Positions 47,401-59,726 of a stretch of 64,000 nt of DNA are shown one piece after another. This DNA comes from Squalus acanthias (lineage: Eukaryota), in the NCBI GenBank assembly GCA_030390025.1, contig CM059437.1, positions 53,010,001 to 53,074,000 on the forward strand, given 5' to 3'. The notes below the pieces were generated by a model. It had not been told where the DNA came from and searched no databases. It saw only the letters and a list, made by a program, of their open reading frames with translations. Positions within the stretch are counted from its first letter, which is position 1; each line of letters opens with the position of its first letter. The translations under genes were made by a program, and so were the position numbers.

Positions 47401-48455
47401 TAGCATGGATTGCGGATTGGTTAGTGGGGAGAAAAAGAGTGGGAATAATTTTGGGGTTGGCAAGTTGTAACTAGCTGTGTGCCGCAAGGATCAGTGCTTG
47501 GATCTCAGCTATTTACAATCTGAGGGGACTGAGTGTAATGTGTCCAAGTTTGCTGATGACGTAAAACTAGGCGGGAAAATAAGCTGGAAGGGGAATGCGA
47601 TTAGGCTACAAAGGGATATAAACCAGTTAATAATTGGGCAAGAAGGTGGCAGATGAAATATAATGAGGGGAAATGTGAAATTATCCACTTTGGTAAGAAT
47701 AGAAAAGTTGAATATATTTTAAAAGTTGAGAGACTAGTTAATGTTGGTATTCAGAAGGATTTGTGTATTCTTGTACACGAATCACAGAAAGTTAACATGC
47801 AGATACAGCAAACAATTAGGAAGGCAAATGGCATGATAGCCTTTATTGCAAGGGATTGGAGTATAAGAGTAAGGAAGTCATGCTGCAATTATATAGGTCT
47901 TTGGTGAGACCGCACCTGTGTACACTTTTTTCCCTTTACCTAAGGAATTATATACTTGACTTAGAGAGGTTGCGCCGAAGGTTCACTAGGTTGATTTCTG
48001 GGATGAGAGGGCTGTCCAATGAGGAGAGATTGAGTAGAATATATTCTCTGGAGTTTAAAAGAATGAGAGGTGATCTCATTGAAAATATATAATTCTTGAA
48101 GGGCTTGACAGGGTAGTTGCTGAGAGGCTCTTTCCCCAGGCTGGAGAGCGTAGAACTTGTGGTCATAGTCTCAGCGTATGGGGTCGGCCATTTAGGACTG
48201 AGATGAGGAGAGATTTCTTCACTCAGACGGTTGTGAATCTTTGGAATTCTCTATCCCCAGAGGGCTGTGGATGCTCAGTCGTTGAGTATATTCAAGACTG
48301 AGATCAATAGATTTTTGTGCACTGATGCAATCAAGGGATATTGGGATAGGGCGGGAAAGTGGAGTGAACTAGAAGATCATCCATGATCTTATTGATTGGC
48401 GGAGCAGGCTGGAGGAGCAGCATGGCCTACTCGTGCTCTTCTTTCTCATGTTCTT
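44490..48455 (+). mobile_element. Near full-length degenerate CR1 (ORF1 SGNH-esterase-like plus ORF2), split by a MITE
   Basis: LHLSNRYDLL and VVVHVGTND (ORF1); YLNARS, YLDFETAFDKLPH and the 3' UTR (ORF2). Confidence 0.85.
45192..45934. mobile_element. Harbinger-type MITE
   Basis: Ends GGGCCAAAAATT / AATTTCTGGGCC; reverse-complement homolog of 20279-21019. Confidence 0.85.
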
Positions 48456-49794
48456 TGGTATTTTAGATGGCTTTCCCAAGATGAGGGAAGACATGGAGCC
48501 GGGAATTAACGAGTATTAAGGGACGCTCTGTGTTCCTCCAAATCTGGACACTTGTGCATCGCCCACTTCATTCACTCCAGCATTGGCGGTCCCGTTTTGA
48601 GCCGTATAGACTCTAAGCTTTGAATTTCCCTCCCTATATGTCTCCACCTCTCCGCGCCTTTCTCCTGCCTTAAAACAGAGCCTCGCGCACAGTGGGGAAG
48701 CCTATCGAACATCGCGAGAAAGGCACAGCGATTTTCTGATATGACACCCGTTATCTGGGAGACACCATTGATGGTGACGACTAACGAGCCCGATATTTAA
48801 TGCAGAACTGCCTGCCGTTTGGGTGGAAGGCTTGAACCTACACAGCGAAGAAAAGTCCCACAGTATGCCAATCTGAAAGGTGAACTGGAATGCGGGTATG
48901 AGGATTATCAGGTGCTGCAGTTGGAAATACGATGAAGTATCTGTTTCCACGCCTTGCTTCAACTTTTCCTTCAGTAGTTTGGAGTCATGGTTAAGAATGC
49001 AGGGCGTGCTGTATGAATGAGAAGCTGTATTGTTTTGGGCATCAATGTAACATAGGAGGTAAGGCAGCCAACCTCACGTCCTAACATGGGACCCACTTCT
49101 GGGACAAGTGGTCTACTGCTGGTGATTTCGGCGAGGGAGAGTTGAGTACGTGAGAAGCTGGAGTTACTACCATGTGAGAACAGACAGTAATTTCAATACA
49201 ATTTATACACAGATGGGCAGTCAGCTGACACTTCTATAAATGTAAGTTACTTCTTGCTTTCTTTGAAGGCTTCAACCACCACTGAAATATTGTAACTTTC
49301 TGCTTTTTGAGCTAATCCCACCATTAAACTAAATTACAAAACCATTTCCAACTCAATCTGGGAGTTAGATTGTGATTAATAGTATTTTTAACACTAGATC
49401 ATCAAATATGTAAGTGTTGACATATACTCAAATTGTACTCTCACTGTCTATACATTTATGTCTAGATTTTCTAAATGCTGCTTTAATCCATGTTGAAATT
49501 AACTCAAAAGTGTTAAATGCAAACTCAGTGTGAAGTAAAAAAAAATTGACGTTACATGTGTGAAGAAGGTGAGGACTAAATTATTTCGATGTTCGATTTT
49601 TGCTTGTGCTAGTTATTTACCGAAATGTAATAACGATTATACATCAAGTCAAATTGGATGCAAAAGAAGGGGTCATGAACGCAATGCATTTACAAAGCTA
49701 TTATTGTTATCAATGGCTTACAGTGATAAATTGAATCGCTTATCCCCAACACACACACACAAAACACACCGCAGCTAACACATGTATATCATTC

Positions 49795-49800
49795 TTTATT
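49795..49800 (-). terminator. Polyadenylation signal of the intact light-chain gene
   Basis: AATAAA on the - strand about 190 nt past the stop at 49986. Confidence 0.7.
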
Positions 49801-49985
49801 AAACAAATATTTCTACGTCACAATTGCAAGGTTAAAGGTTTCTGCCACAATGTGAATAGATTTAAATCACTATTATAGGTCAGGCGCATGAAAATAGAAA
49901 GAAATGCATTGTCAATAACTAAACCCCGTCTTCGAGCATGAACGCTGTGAATAACAGTTTGCACCGAGTGGGCGGGTTTTCTCTT

Positions 49986-50314
49986 TCATTCGCAGCCTGA
50001 TCTCTTGATGCTTTGCTTGAGTTGAGATCCGAGAGACTCATGTGTAACCCCGCAGGTGTACACTTCGTGTGAGTTCCACTCGGTGGCGGACAGGGTCAGA
50101 TAACTGCTCACACTGTACGTCTGGTCGGTGTCCCGTACGGCCCGAGTTGTCTGGACACCAGTGTCCGTGATCTGGCCGTCTACGCTCCATGAAACTTGCA
50201 CCGAACCCGGAAAAAAGTTATTCACCAAACACACCAGGGTCGCCGCCTTTCCTGCAGAGATCTGATCGGACGCTGGCGGGAGAAGCGACACCGAAGGGCT
50301 GGACGACTCTCTGG
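49986..50314 (-). CDS. Ig lambda-like light chain constant exon (exon 3 of the intact gene)
   Basis: Phase-1 acceptor CATTACAG. (T)RESSSPSVSLLPPASDQ...ATLVCLV...W...YTCGVTH...RSGCE*, with both domain cysteines and the penultimate inter-chain cysteine. Confidence 0.96.
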
Positions 50315-50384
50315 CTGTAATGAAAAGGATTGTGTTTATTAAAGAACGATACTGCAATCGTGTAATATATACTACACACATGTA

Positions 50385-51270
50385 CAACAACAACAACACC
50401 TTTATTTATATAGCACCTTTAACGTAGTAAAACGTCCCAAAGCGCTTCATAGGAGCCTTATAAGACAAAAAATTGACACCAAGCCACAAAAGAAGAAATT
50501 AGGGCAGATGACCAAAAGCTTGGTCCAAGATGTAGGTTTTAAGGAGGGCAGCCAGGGGTGCGTTGGAACAGTCAAGTCTGGAGGTAACAAAGGCATGGAT
50601 GAGGGTTTCAGCAGCAGATGAGCTGAGGCAGGTGCGGAGACGGGCGATGTTACGGAGGTGGAAATAGGCCGTCTTAGTTCTGCTGTGGCTATGTGGTCGG
50701 AAGCTCATTTCACGGTCAAATATGGCACCAATGCTGTGATCAGTCTGCTTCAGCCTCAGACAGATGCTCGGGAGAGGGATGGAGTCAGTGCCTAGGGAAC
50801 GGAGATTGTGGCGAGGACTGAAGACAATGGCTTCGGTCAACCCATTATTTAATTGGAGAAAATGTCTGCTCATCCTGTACTGGATATCGGACAACCGTTG
50901 CAGATGATTTTCTGGCTATGATTAGATAGACCAAGCAAGTGCAGTCCCACCCAGCTGGACGATGGTGGAGAGGCGTTGGAGGAGGATGGAGTGGTCAACC
51001 GTGTCAAAGGCTACAGCCAGGTGGAGAAGGACGAGGAGGGAACAGTTACCTTTGTCACAGTCACAAAGGATGTCATTTGTGACTTTGATGAGAGCCATTT
51101 CGGTATTGTGGCAGGGGCAGAAATTATATTGGAGGGATTCAAACATGGAGTTCTGGGAAAGATGGGCACGGAATTGAGAGGCGACAACAGGTTCAAGGAC
51201 TTTGGAGATAAAGGGAGGTTGGAGATGGGGCAGTTGCTTGCAAGGACGGAGGGGTTAAGGGTAGTTTTTT
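50385..51270 (-). mobile_element. L2-type LINE fragment (paralog of 4680-5950) with an internal deletion of about 380 bp
   Basis: Same RT remnants; the deletion joins two GGAG microhomologies (copy 1 4836-4839 and 5217-5220). Confidence 0.85.
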
Positions 51271-51289
51271 CAGGAGTAAAGAAACTCAT

Positions 51290-51730
51290 TGCTCAGTGGT
51301 TGCACTCTCGGTCTCTGAGTCAGAAGGTTGTGGGCTCAAGCCCCACGCCAAAGACTTGAGCAGAAAATGTCGGCTGACACTCCAGCGCAGTAATGAGGGA
51401 GTGCTGCACTGGCCGAGGTGCAGTCTTTAAGATGAGACGTAAAACTGTCGTAAGGCAGCGATCTCAGGTGACTGTAAAAGATCCGATAGCATTTTTTGAA
51501 AAAGAGCAGGGGCGTTCTCTCTGATGTCCTAGTCAATAGTATTCCTCAACCAACATCAGTAAAACAGATTATCTGGTCATTATAACATTGCAAATTGTGG
51601 GACCTTGCTGTGCCCAAATCGGCTGCAACAATTCCAAATTACAACAGTGCCTACAATGCAAAAGTACTTCATTTGCCGTAAAGCATTTCCCCGAGGTCGT
51701 GAAAGGCGCTGTATAAATGCAAGTTCTTTA
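51290..51730 (+). mobile_element. tRNA/Deu-type SINE (paralog of 5966-6405)
   Basis: Direct sequence match. Confidence 0.7.
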
Positions 51731-52144
51731 TTTCATTTTCTTCCTAAATCACAGCAATGTAATCTAAAACTAAACACAACGTTTGACCCGAATGGCCAGA
51801 CCCTTTACCGTCAATTTGACGTCTTTCCATGGAACAAACCGAAAATCTCTATTCCCAGTATCAAACTGGGTAAAACCTCTCTTTACAAAGGGATTTACTA
51901 TTTCATTACATTTAGTACACCGAGGAAATGTTCTCACATGGGGAGCAAATTAACGTTTAATTTCTGAAGATTAATAATCTTTAAATATTGACTAACATGT
52001 GGTTGTAAGATTACTCGAGGATGGTGTTCACATACCGTGCAGTAAAATGCTTGCTACCTTGAAGAATATTACATTAACAATATGTAAATCTGGAAAAAAT
52101 ATCCTTTACGCCGTTTCTGCTAATGGTCCCTCAAGAAATTCGGG

Positions 52145-52198
52145 GGGAAATTCAGTTTAAATCCTATCCCTTTGTGTATACCATGCTAAGATTTGCAT
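52145..52198. promoter_or_regulatory. Candidate J-C intronic enhancer (kB-like site plus octamer), copy 2
   Basis: GGGAAATTCA at 52145-52154 and ATTTGCAT at 52191-52198. Confidence 0.4.
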
Positions 52199-53138
52199 AC
52201 AGACCTGTAACGTTTGGTTGAAATCAAAATTATTTTGTGACACCGAAGCCAAAGGCAGAAAACAGATGTTTCCAACAGTATTCTACTTAATAGCTTTACG
52301 GTATGAATGGGCATCAATCCAGCCTCTCCATATCAGGTATTGCATGTACCTGTGCATACTTGCACTCAAATTATATATAAATTCGCAACCGTAAAATCTC
52401 AGCAGACAATTGTATATCGAAATATCAACTAGTATAAAAACAACGGAAAGTTGCCGACTTCAGATTAACGTATAGAAGAGTTTTCTCTCTGAACTCTAGA
52501 TTTAATGAAATCACAACCCTCTGTTTACAAAAGAAATGGTACCTGTTATCGAAAGTATGTCTTGAGCTCGGTGTTATTTTGGGATATTGGAAAAGCTCCT
52601 GGTGATTATTACCCTCCTCATACGAAATTAACATCTGCTAAAATTTCTCAGTGCACAAGAAATTAAGGGAGGCACCGATATGCTTTTTCTCTCTCGCACT
52701 CTATCTATCTACCACTCTCTATTTCTCTTTGTCTTTATCTCTGTCTCTATTTATTTATCTACCTATCTCTCCGGCTGTCTCTTTGACTCGCTCTGTTTTT
52801 GCATATTTGCTATTAGTGCGACACTTTAAATGATGTTTTTAAACACCGATTTTTACAATATATGAAGTGCTTCTATTGTTCACTATCTCGGCTCCAAGGG
52901 TGAAACTAATCATACAATAAATGTCATTGTTTCCTTTATGGTTTGAAAATGTGATTGTTTTATGTCCCTAATAAACCAATCACCCGTTTCAACCTTGGTT
53001 GTAACCTACAGCGCCAATTGTTTCATCTACCTCATATTATATTAATAATCCAAATGAGTATGCATTTGACTATTTGTTGCATAAAAGAAAAAAAGAATAT
53101 TTCCATTGAACAGAATGAATCTAGTAAAAGTTACTTAC

Positions 53139-53480
53139 TCAGAACAGTCAGCTTGGTGCCTCCACCGAAGCCGTTAGTCCCCCAACCACAATAATAATCG
53201 GCGTCGTCCTCGGGTTGAACACCGCTGATGGTTAAATATGCGGCGTTGGTTGACGATTGACTCCTTCCAGAGAATCGATCAGGAATCCCGGAACCCTTAA
53301 CCTCACGGCTAAGATCATGATAGAGTAGAAATCGAGGAGCATTCCCGGGTTTCTGCTGGTACCATCCTACGTCACTGTTTCCCAAATTGCCCCCAGACAC
53401 GGTGCAGCTTATTTTCACCGTTCCTTGCGGCGCGATGGATAACGATTGCGGTTGCGTTAATGTAATCAGTGCGTTTGAAC
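53139..53480 (-). CDS. Germline-joined V-J exon of an intact Ig lambda-like light chain (exon 2)
   Basis: 342 nt, phase 1 at both ends. [25 protein letters not shown]...WYQQKPG...[20 protein letters not shown]. Donor GTAAGT; no RSS. Confidence 0.96.
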
Positions 53481-53602
53481 CTATAAAAAGATGGAGCAAT
53501 ATTAGAGGCTGGGCTTCATATGATTAATATCGTCACTTTATATCGCTACACAACAAAAGATTATTCACAATGAATCCAACGAAAAGCTTGCTGAATACTT
53601 AC

Positions 53603-53651
53603 AGACTGCGCAAATTATCAGCGTTGTGATGACACGCACCCACTCGGACAT
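53603..53651 (-). CDS. Leader exon of the intact light-chain gene (exon 1)
   Basis: ATG 53651, MSEWVRVITTLIICAV plus T, donor GTAAGT; splices in frame to the VJ exon. Confidence 0.92.
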
Positions 53652-53773
53652 CGTGAATTCAGTTAGACTCTGAAACCTCGGCAGTTTGCAGGCAGAAGAT
53701 TTTAATGTTTACTTGGCTCGCCTTCTCTTATCAATGTTATGAATGAGGGCGTATTACCACGTGTTCCTTAATT

Positions 53774-53781
53774 ATGCAAAT
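53774..53781 (-). promoter_or_regulatory. Ig promoter octamer ATTTGCAT
   Basis: Perfect octamer about 120 bp upstream of the ATG, with TGACGT (53787) and CCAAT (53801) nearby. Confidence 0.87.
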
Positions 53782-54494
53782 GACCGTGACGTTACGAATC
53801 CCAATTGAGCATCTATGATCGGGCTTCCACGTCACAAGACTTCCAAACAGGAGAAGGGGACATTGGAAAACAGAACCGAACTATAGTGTGATGTTGCACA
53901 TCACGCGTAGGACTTATTGATAAGTACAGTAACGTGTTGAAATTTATTTTTGTCCAAACAGCATAAAGAAGTCATTATTTTTGACAAATTCACTAAGGTA
54001 TATATTTTTAATCTTTCCTTTTACGCGTGTCAGATGTACGCATTAGGAAGCAACTGTAATCGATATTTGCGCCCCTGGAAAAACAGTGCTGTTCTAACTG
54101 TGCAATGTATAACTACAATCTTCATACACTTAGGGATCGTTCCATAGAAATTCAGCTACAACTCTACAAAGTATAGCTTGATGATATATGATCTTTAAAA
54201 TGAATTACCTTCTTATGAATAACTCAAAGATGTTGGCACACTGCGGTTTATTTGAGCCTTCTCTACCAGGTGCACTTACGCGAGAATATCTTAAAGTGAA
54301 AGCTTTAACCTAATTTATACCACATATTAATAACTGTTTTCTTAAATACAAACATCAGATAATTTAGCAGGAAAAAAATATATTTTGACACTGACGTTAT
54401 TTTTCTTTTAAATATTCTAATAATTGGCTTATTTTTGAGATTGTTATACTTTGTGCGATTTGAAATTACATCGAAATGAAATTATTCGTATTAG

Positions 54495-55240
54495 GATGAA
54501 GAAATGGGCAGATACATGGTAGATTACATTTAACGCAACCAAGTGTGAAGTTATTCATTTATGTAGGAAGAATAAGAAGACGCAACAGAAACTAAATGGT
54601 ACAAATTTAAAGCGGGTGCAGGAAGAGAGAGAGCTGGGGATGTATTTCTACAAGTCTTTGAAGGTGGCGGGACAAGTTGAAAAGGCTATTAAAAAGGCAT
54701 ACGGGATTATTGTATTCAGAAATAAAGGCATAGAGTACAAAATCAAGGGAGTATAAAACACTGGTTAGACCCCCAGCTGGAATATTGTGGCCAATTCTGT
54801 GCACCACACTTTAGGAAAAATGTCAAGGCCTTAGAGTAGGTGCAGTGGAGGCTTAATAGAATGGCACCAGGGATGAAAGACTTCAATTACGTGGAGTGAC
54901 TTGAGAAACCGGTGTTGTTCTCCTTAGAGCAGAGAAGGTTAAGCGGGATTTGATAGAAGTGTTCAAAATCATGAAGGGTTTTTATACAGTAATTAAGGAG
55001 AAACTGTTTCCAGTGGCAGAAGGGTCGGTAACCAGAGGACTCAAATTTAAAGTAATTGGCAAAAGAACTAGAGGTGACATGAGAAAGAAAAATAACGTAG
55101 CAAGCTGTTATAATCTGGAATGCACTGCCTGAAAGGGTGGCGGAAGCAGATTCAATAGTAACTTTCAAGATGGAATTGGACAAAAACTTGAAGTGGGAAT
55201 ATGTGCAGGGCTATGGCCTCCTTCTTTGCTGTATCATTCT
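54495..55240 (+). mobile_element. CR1 3' fragment (paralog of 9195-9940)
   Basis: Direct sequence match. Confidence 0.85.
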
Positions 55241-56384
55241 GTATCCGTCTAAAAGCACAGGTTTCTTTACATAACGGCTTCATTCAACTCATTCGAGTCC
55301 CCTGGTTACAACATTTGTCACACAAGTATCTTTGCCTTTATTGCTTGATTCACACATAAGGCGGAAGGTTCCATGCCAATCAACCGGCTGAAAGCAAAAA
55401 AAAAGCATTATTCAGTTCACACTGCCGTTTCTTCTTATTAGCAACTGTTCACATCTTTACAGTTTATTTAAATATTCATATCACAAATATATCTGAATCT
55501 GCGGAGAATTGCACATTGAAAATGCAGATCTGAGGTATACGTTTGTTGCACCAGGATTAAAAAACAATTATAATAATGTACACATGCTGGGAATATTTCC
55601 CAGATTTAGACCCTATGGTATTTTGCTTGTACTTCATTTGTTGTACCAGAAATGTAACCCGCTTTATACAAAAAGTATCAGCAGCTACAACTATGTCCAC
55701 CGACCATTAATAAAGCAGTACCTCGCATGGGTATTCTCCATTCCAAACTTTATGTGAGGAATGAGAGATTCATAGGTCTTTCTTTATCACTTGTCAATTA
55801 TCCGATGAACACCTGAAACTACAGTTACCATTGCCGTTCGGTTCACAATTGGATGAGGATGAATTAGAAATTCGCTTTTACCTTTAATTTATCATAAATT
55901 GGGTAACTAATCAATATGGGTAGTACGTTTCAGGATTTCCTTTCAGCCAATTTTACACAGAAATAATTCAATATCTAAAGCAAAGTGTAGCCATATAAGT
56001 TTAAAAAAAGAGAGCGATGGTAATCGATATTGTAATATCTAGTCTTAAGATTGCATTCCCCAAACATCATAGACAACAAACAATTCTTTCGCCTATATCT
56101 GGAATCAATACAAACCTCACACAGATTGTGTTGGGAAATCCCGGTCCAGGGTGCCTAAAAGCGGTTGTCTGATCTTTCCCTTCCATCTGTTAACTTGGAT
56201 TTAGATAACACAGAAACAGATACCGATAATCAAATGCTTCAACCGAAAGTTGTGATGGAAAACTTTCACCTGGCACAAAAGGTTGAAATGCAGGAAGACA
56301 GGTAGAAGTCATTTTGCTTAAGTCAAGCAGAATTGGCCACTCATGTATTATAACATGAAGAAATGTTGTGCTGATTAAATCAAG

Positions 56385-56600
56385 ATGCGGAGATGCCGGC
56401 GTTGGACTGGGGTGGACAAAAATGAGAAGTCGCACAACACCAGGTTATAGTCCAACAGATTTATTTAAAATTACAAGCTATCGGAGCTGTCGCCCCTTCC
56501 TCAGGTAACTTTACCTGAGGAAGGGGCGACAGCTCCGAAAGCTTGTAATTTTAAATAAATCTGTTGCACTATAACCTGGTGTTGTGGGACTTCCCATTTT
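56385..56600. mobile_element. 216-bp non-coding hairpin Penelope (family A) derivative, present only in copy 2
   Basis: 13-bp TSD TGATTAAATCAAG (56372-56384 / 56601-56613); empty site at 11084-11096. It has the same GATGCGGAGATGCCGG tail as 23101 followed by inverted arms of about 91 bp. Confidence 0.92.
56511..56548 (+). ncRNA. Minimal hammerhead ribozyme motif (family A)
   Basis: UUAC-CUGAGGA-A-GGGGC-GACA-GCUCC-GAAA-GCU-U-GUAA. The mirror copy at 56471-56508(-) has GAAA changed to GAUA. Confidence 0.8.
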
Positions 56601-56749
56601 TGATTAAATCAAGTGAGACTGATCCTCACTGTTACACTGTATGTTCGCTTTTTATCAAATAAAACAGTATATGAATTTGTTTCTGCTCTCATCTTTTTTC
56701 TTCGTTTTCTGGATATGGCCATCGCTGGCAAGGCTAGCATTTATTGCCA

Positions 56750-59720
56750 AACAACAACAACAACAACTTGCAATTATATAGCACCTTTAAAGTAGTAAAA
56801 CGTCAAAAGACGCTTCACAAGAGCTTTATCAAGATTTGACAACTAGCCACATAAGGAGAAATTAGGACAACTGACCTTAAGCTTGGTCAAAGAGGTAGGT
56901 TTTAAAGGAGGAGAGAGAGGTATGGAGGGGGAGAAGTTTCGGGAGGGAATTCCAGTGCTTGGGGCCTAGGCAGCAAAAGGTACGGACGCCAATAGTAGAG
57001 CGATTCAAATCTAGAGGAGGAGCAAGAGGCCAGCATTTAATGTAGGGAATTCCAGAGCTTAGAGCCTAGGGATCTGGAGGTATGGCTGGCAGTGGTGGGG
57101 CGATGGAAATCGTGGATGCGCAAGAGGCCAGAATTGGGGAATGCAGAGATCTCGGATGATTGTTGGGCTGGATGAGGTTACAGAGATTGGGAGGGGCGAG
57201 GCCATGGAGGGATTTGGAAATAAGAATCAGAAATTTAAAATAGAGGCGTTGCCACACCGGGAGCAAATGTAAGTCAGCAAGCACAAAGGTAATGCGTGAA
57301 TGGGACGTTGTGCAATTTAGGATATGCGCAGCAGAGTTTCGGAAGAGCTCAAGTTTATGGAAGGTGGAAGAAGGGAGGCCAACCAGAAGAGCATTGGAAT
57401 AGTCATGTAGAGTGGTAACAAAGGCAAGGATGACAGTTTAGCAGCAGAAGAACTAAGGTGAGGTGGAGCCAGGCAATGTTATGGAGGTGGAAGTAGGCGG
57501 TTTTGGTGATGGAGTGGATATGTGGTCATCTCACGGTCAACTGATACACCAAGGATGCGAATGGTCTGGTTTAGCCTCAGGCAGTTGCCAGGGAGAGTGC
57601 TGGAGTCGGTGGCTAGGGAATGGAGTTTGTGGCGGGGATCGAAGACAATCTTTTTGAGTCTTCCCAAATTTTTAGTTGGAGGACATTTCTGTTCCTCCAC
57701 TACTAGATGTCGGACAAGCAGTGTGATAATTTAGAGACACTGGAGGGGTCGAGAGAGCTGGTGGTGAGGTAGAGCTGGCTGTCATCAATGTACATGTGGA
57801 ACCTGACATCGGCCCATATTTTCCGATGCCTACGGGTGTGTACGAGCTGTGTACACACCCTTAGAATCCTCTTGACAGATTGCACGCCTGCCCTGGAGAA
57901 GGGGCTCTGCGGGTGGAGTGTTCGGCTTTCTGCAGATCCTCCGCCGCTGAAATCCTTTAAAAAACTTACGCCTGGTAAAAGCTTTTACCAGCAAAAGAGT
58001 TGAAAAAGTAAAAAAAAAATTCACGCATTTATAATGTAAAATTACTTTTAAAAAAGGTAAGTTTCTTTTTAGCCCCGTAAAAAACGTGAATTATTTTTTT
58101 CAAAAAATTAAATTTTTGTTTATAATATTGAATTTAATGTAATTTTAACTCATTTTAAAAACATCATTCTTTTTTTAATTTATTTAATGTGGTCGTGTCT
58201 TTTTTCAGTGATCCCCATTCATACTTTTGACAGGTCATACCATTGACTCGCCTGGCCCACGTGATACCAGGGACGCTTGCGAACTGCCTGCGCCCCTGGG
58301 ATCCCTGGGTCTTGGTGCGTGCGCACCACGAGAGGCCCAGGAGCAGAAGAGTCCAGACATCGGGAGCCCTCAGGTAAGGGCGTAGATTTTTTCCCGATAG
58401 GAGGCATCCGCACGTAGGATGCTTCCTATCGGAAATTACGGGCCAATTTTCGTATGATGTTGCCAAGGGGCAACATGTGCATGAGTAATGGTCGGGAATC
58501 ACTCTCGAGGCAGTGCAAAAAAGGTTCACTCGGTTAATCCCGGGGATGAGGGGGTGGTCATATGAGGAGAGGTTGGGTAGATTGGGACTCTACTCATTGG
58601 AGTTCAGAAGAATGAGAGGCGATCTTATTGAAACATATAAGATTGTGAAGGGGTTGGATCGGGTGGATGCGGGGAGGATGTTCCCGATGACGGGTGAGAC
58701 GAGAACTAGGGGACATAGTCTTAGAATAAGGGGCTGCTCTTTCAAAACTGAGATGAGGAGGAACTACTTCACTCAGAGGGTGGTAGGTCCATGGAATATG
58801 CTGCCACAAAAAGCTGTAGAAGCTACAACATTAATTAAATTTAAAACAGAAATAGACAGTTTCCTAGAAGTAAAGGGCATTAAGGGTTACGGGGAGCGGG
58901 CAGGAATTTGGACATGAGTCTAGGTTCGGATCGGTCATGGCCCTGTGGGTAGTGGAGCGGGCCCAGGGACTGTGTAGCCTGATTCTGCTCCTATTTCGTG
59001 TGTGCAATTCTGTTAGATGCAGGAGATGGTTCTGTGATAGATAGTAGATTGGCGGTTAGGATCAGATCAGCCATGATCTTATTGAATGGCGGAGCAGGCT
59101 CGAGGGGCCGATTGGCCTACTCCTGCTCCTATTTCTTATGTTCTTATGTTCTTATATCAAGCATAGACCTTTGGGGGACTCCAGAGGTAACGGTGCAGGA
59201 CCAGGAAAAGAAGCCCTTGCAGGTGATTCTCTGGCTAAGAATTGATAGACAAGAATGGAACCAGGCGAGGGCAGCTCGACGATGGAGGAGAGGCATTGGA
59301 GGAGGATGGTGTGGTCAATCATGTCAAAAACCGCAGAAAGATCGAGAACGATGAGGAGGGATAGGTTAACATGATCACAATCATATAGGCAGTAATTTAT
59401 GACTTTCATAAGGTTCTGTTTCAGTACGGTGGCGGGGCGGAACCCTGATTGGAGGGATTCAAACATACATAATCGGGAAAGATGGGCACAGATTTGCGAG
59501 GTAAAAAGAGAGATTGGAGATGGGGGTGGTAGTTTGGAAGGACAGAGGGATCAAGGGTGGGTTTTTTTCAGGTGAGGGGAGTTGACGGCCGATTTGAAGG
59601 GGGGAGGACAGTAGCTGAGGAGAGGAAACCTTTAACAATATTCAGCTAATATGGGGGCCAGAAAGGGAAGTTTGATAGGAATAGAGACCAGGGAGCAGGT
59701 GGTGAGTCACATGAAATATG
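56750..59720 (-). mobile_element. L2-type LINE fragment (paralog of 11240-13550), containing MITE 57811-58444
   Basis: Direct match to copy 1, including the MITE TIRs. Confidence 0.8.
58502..59155 (+). mobile_element. CR1 3' fragment present only in copy 2
   Basis: ORF 58513-58917 (SYEERLGRLGLYSLEFRR), (TTCTTATG)n tail and flanking ATCA duplication. Empty site at about 12980. Confidence 0.9.
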
Positions 59721-59726
59721 ATAGGG

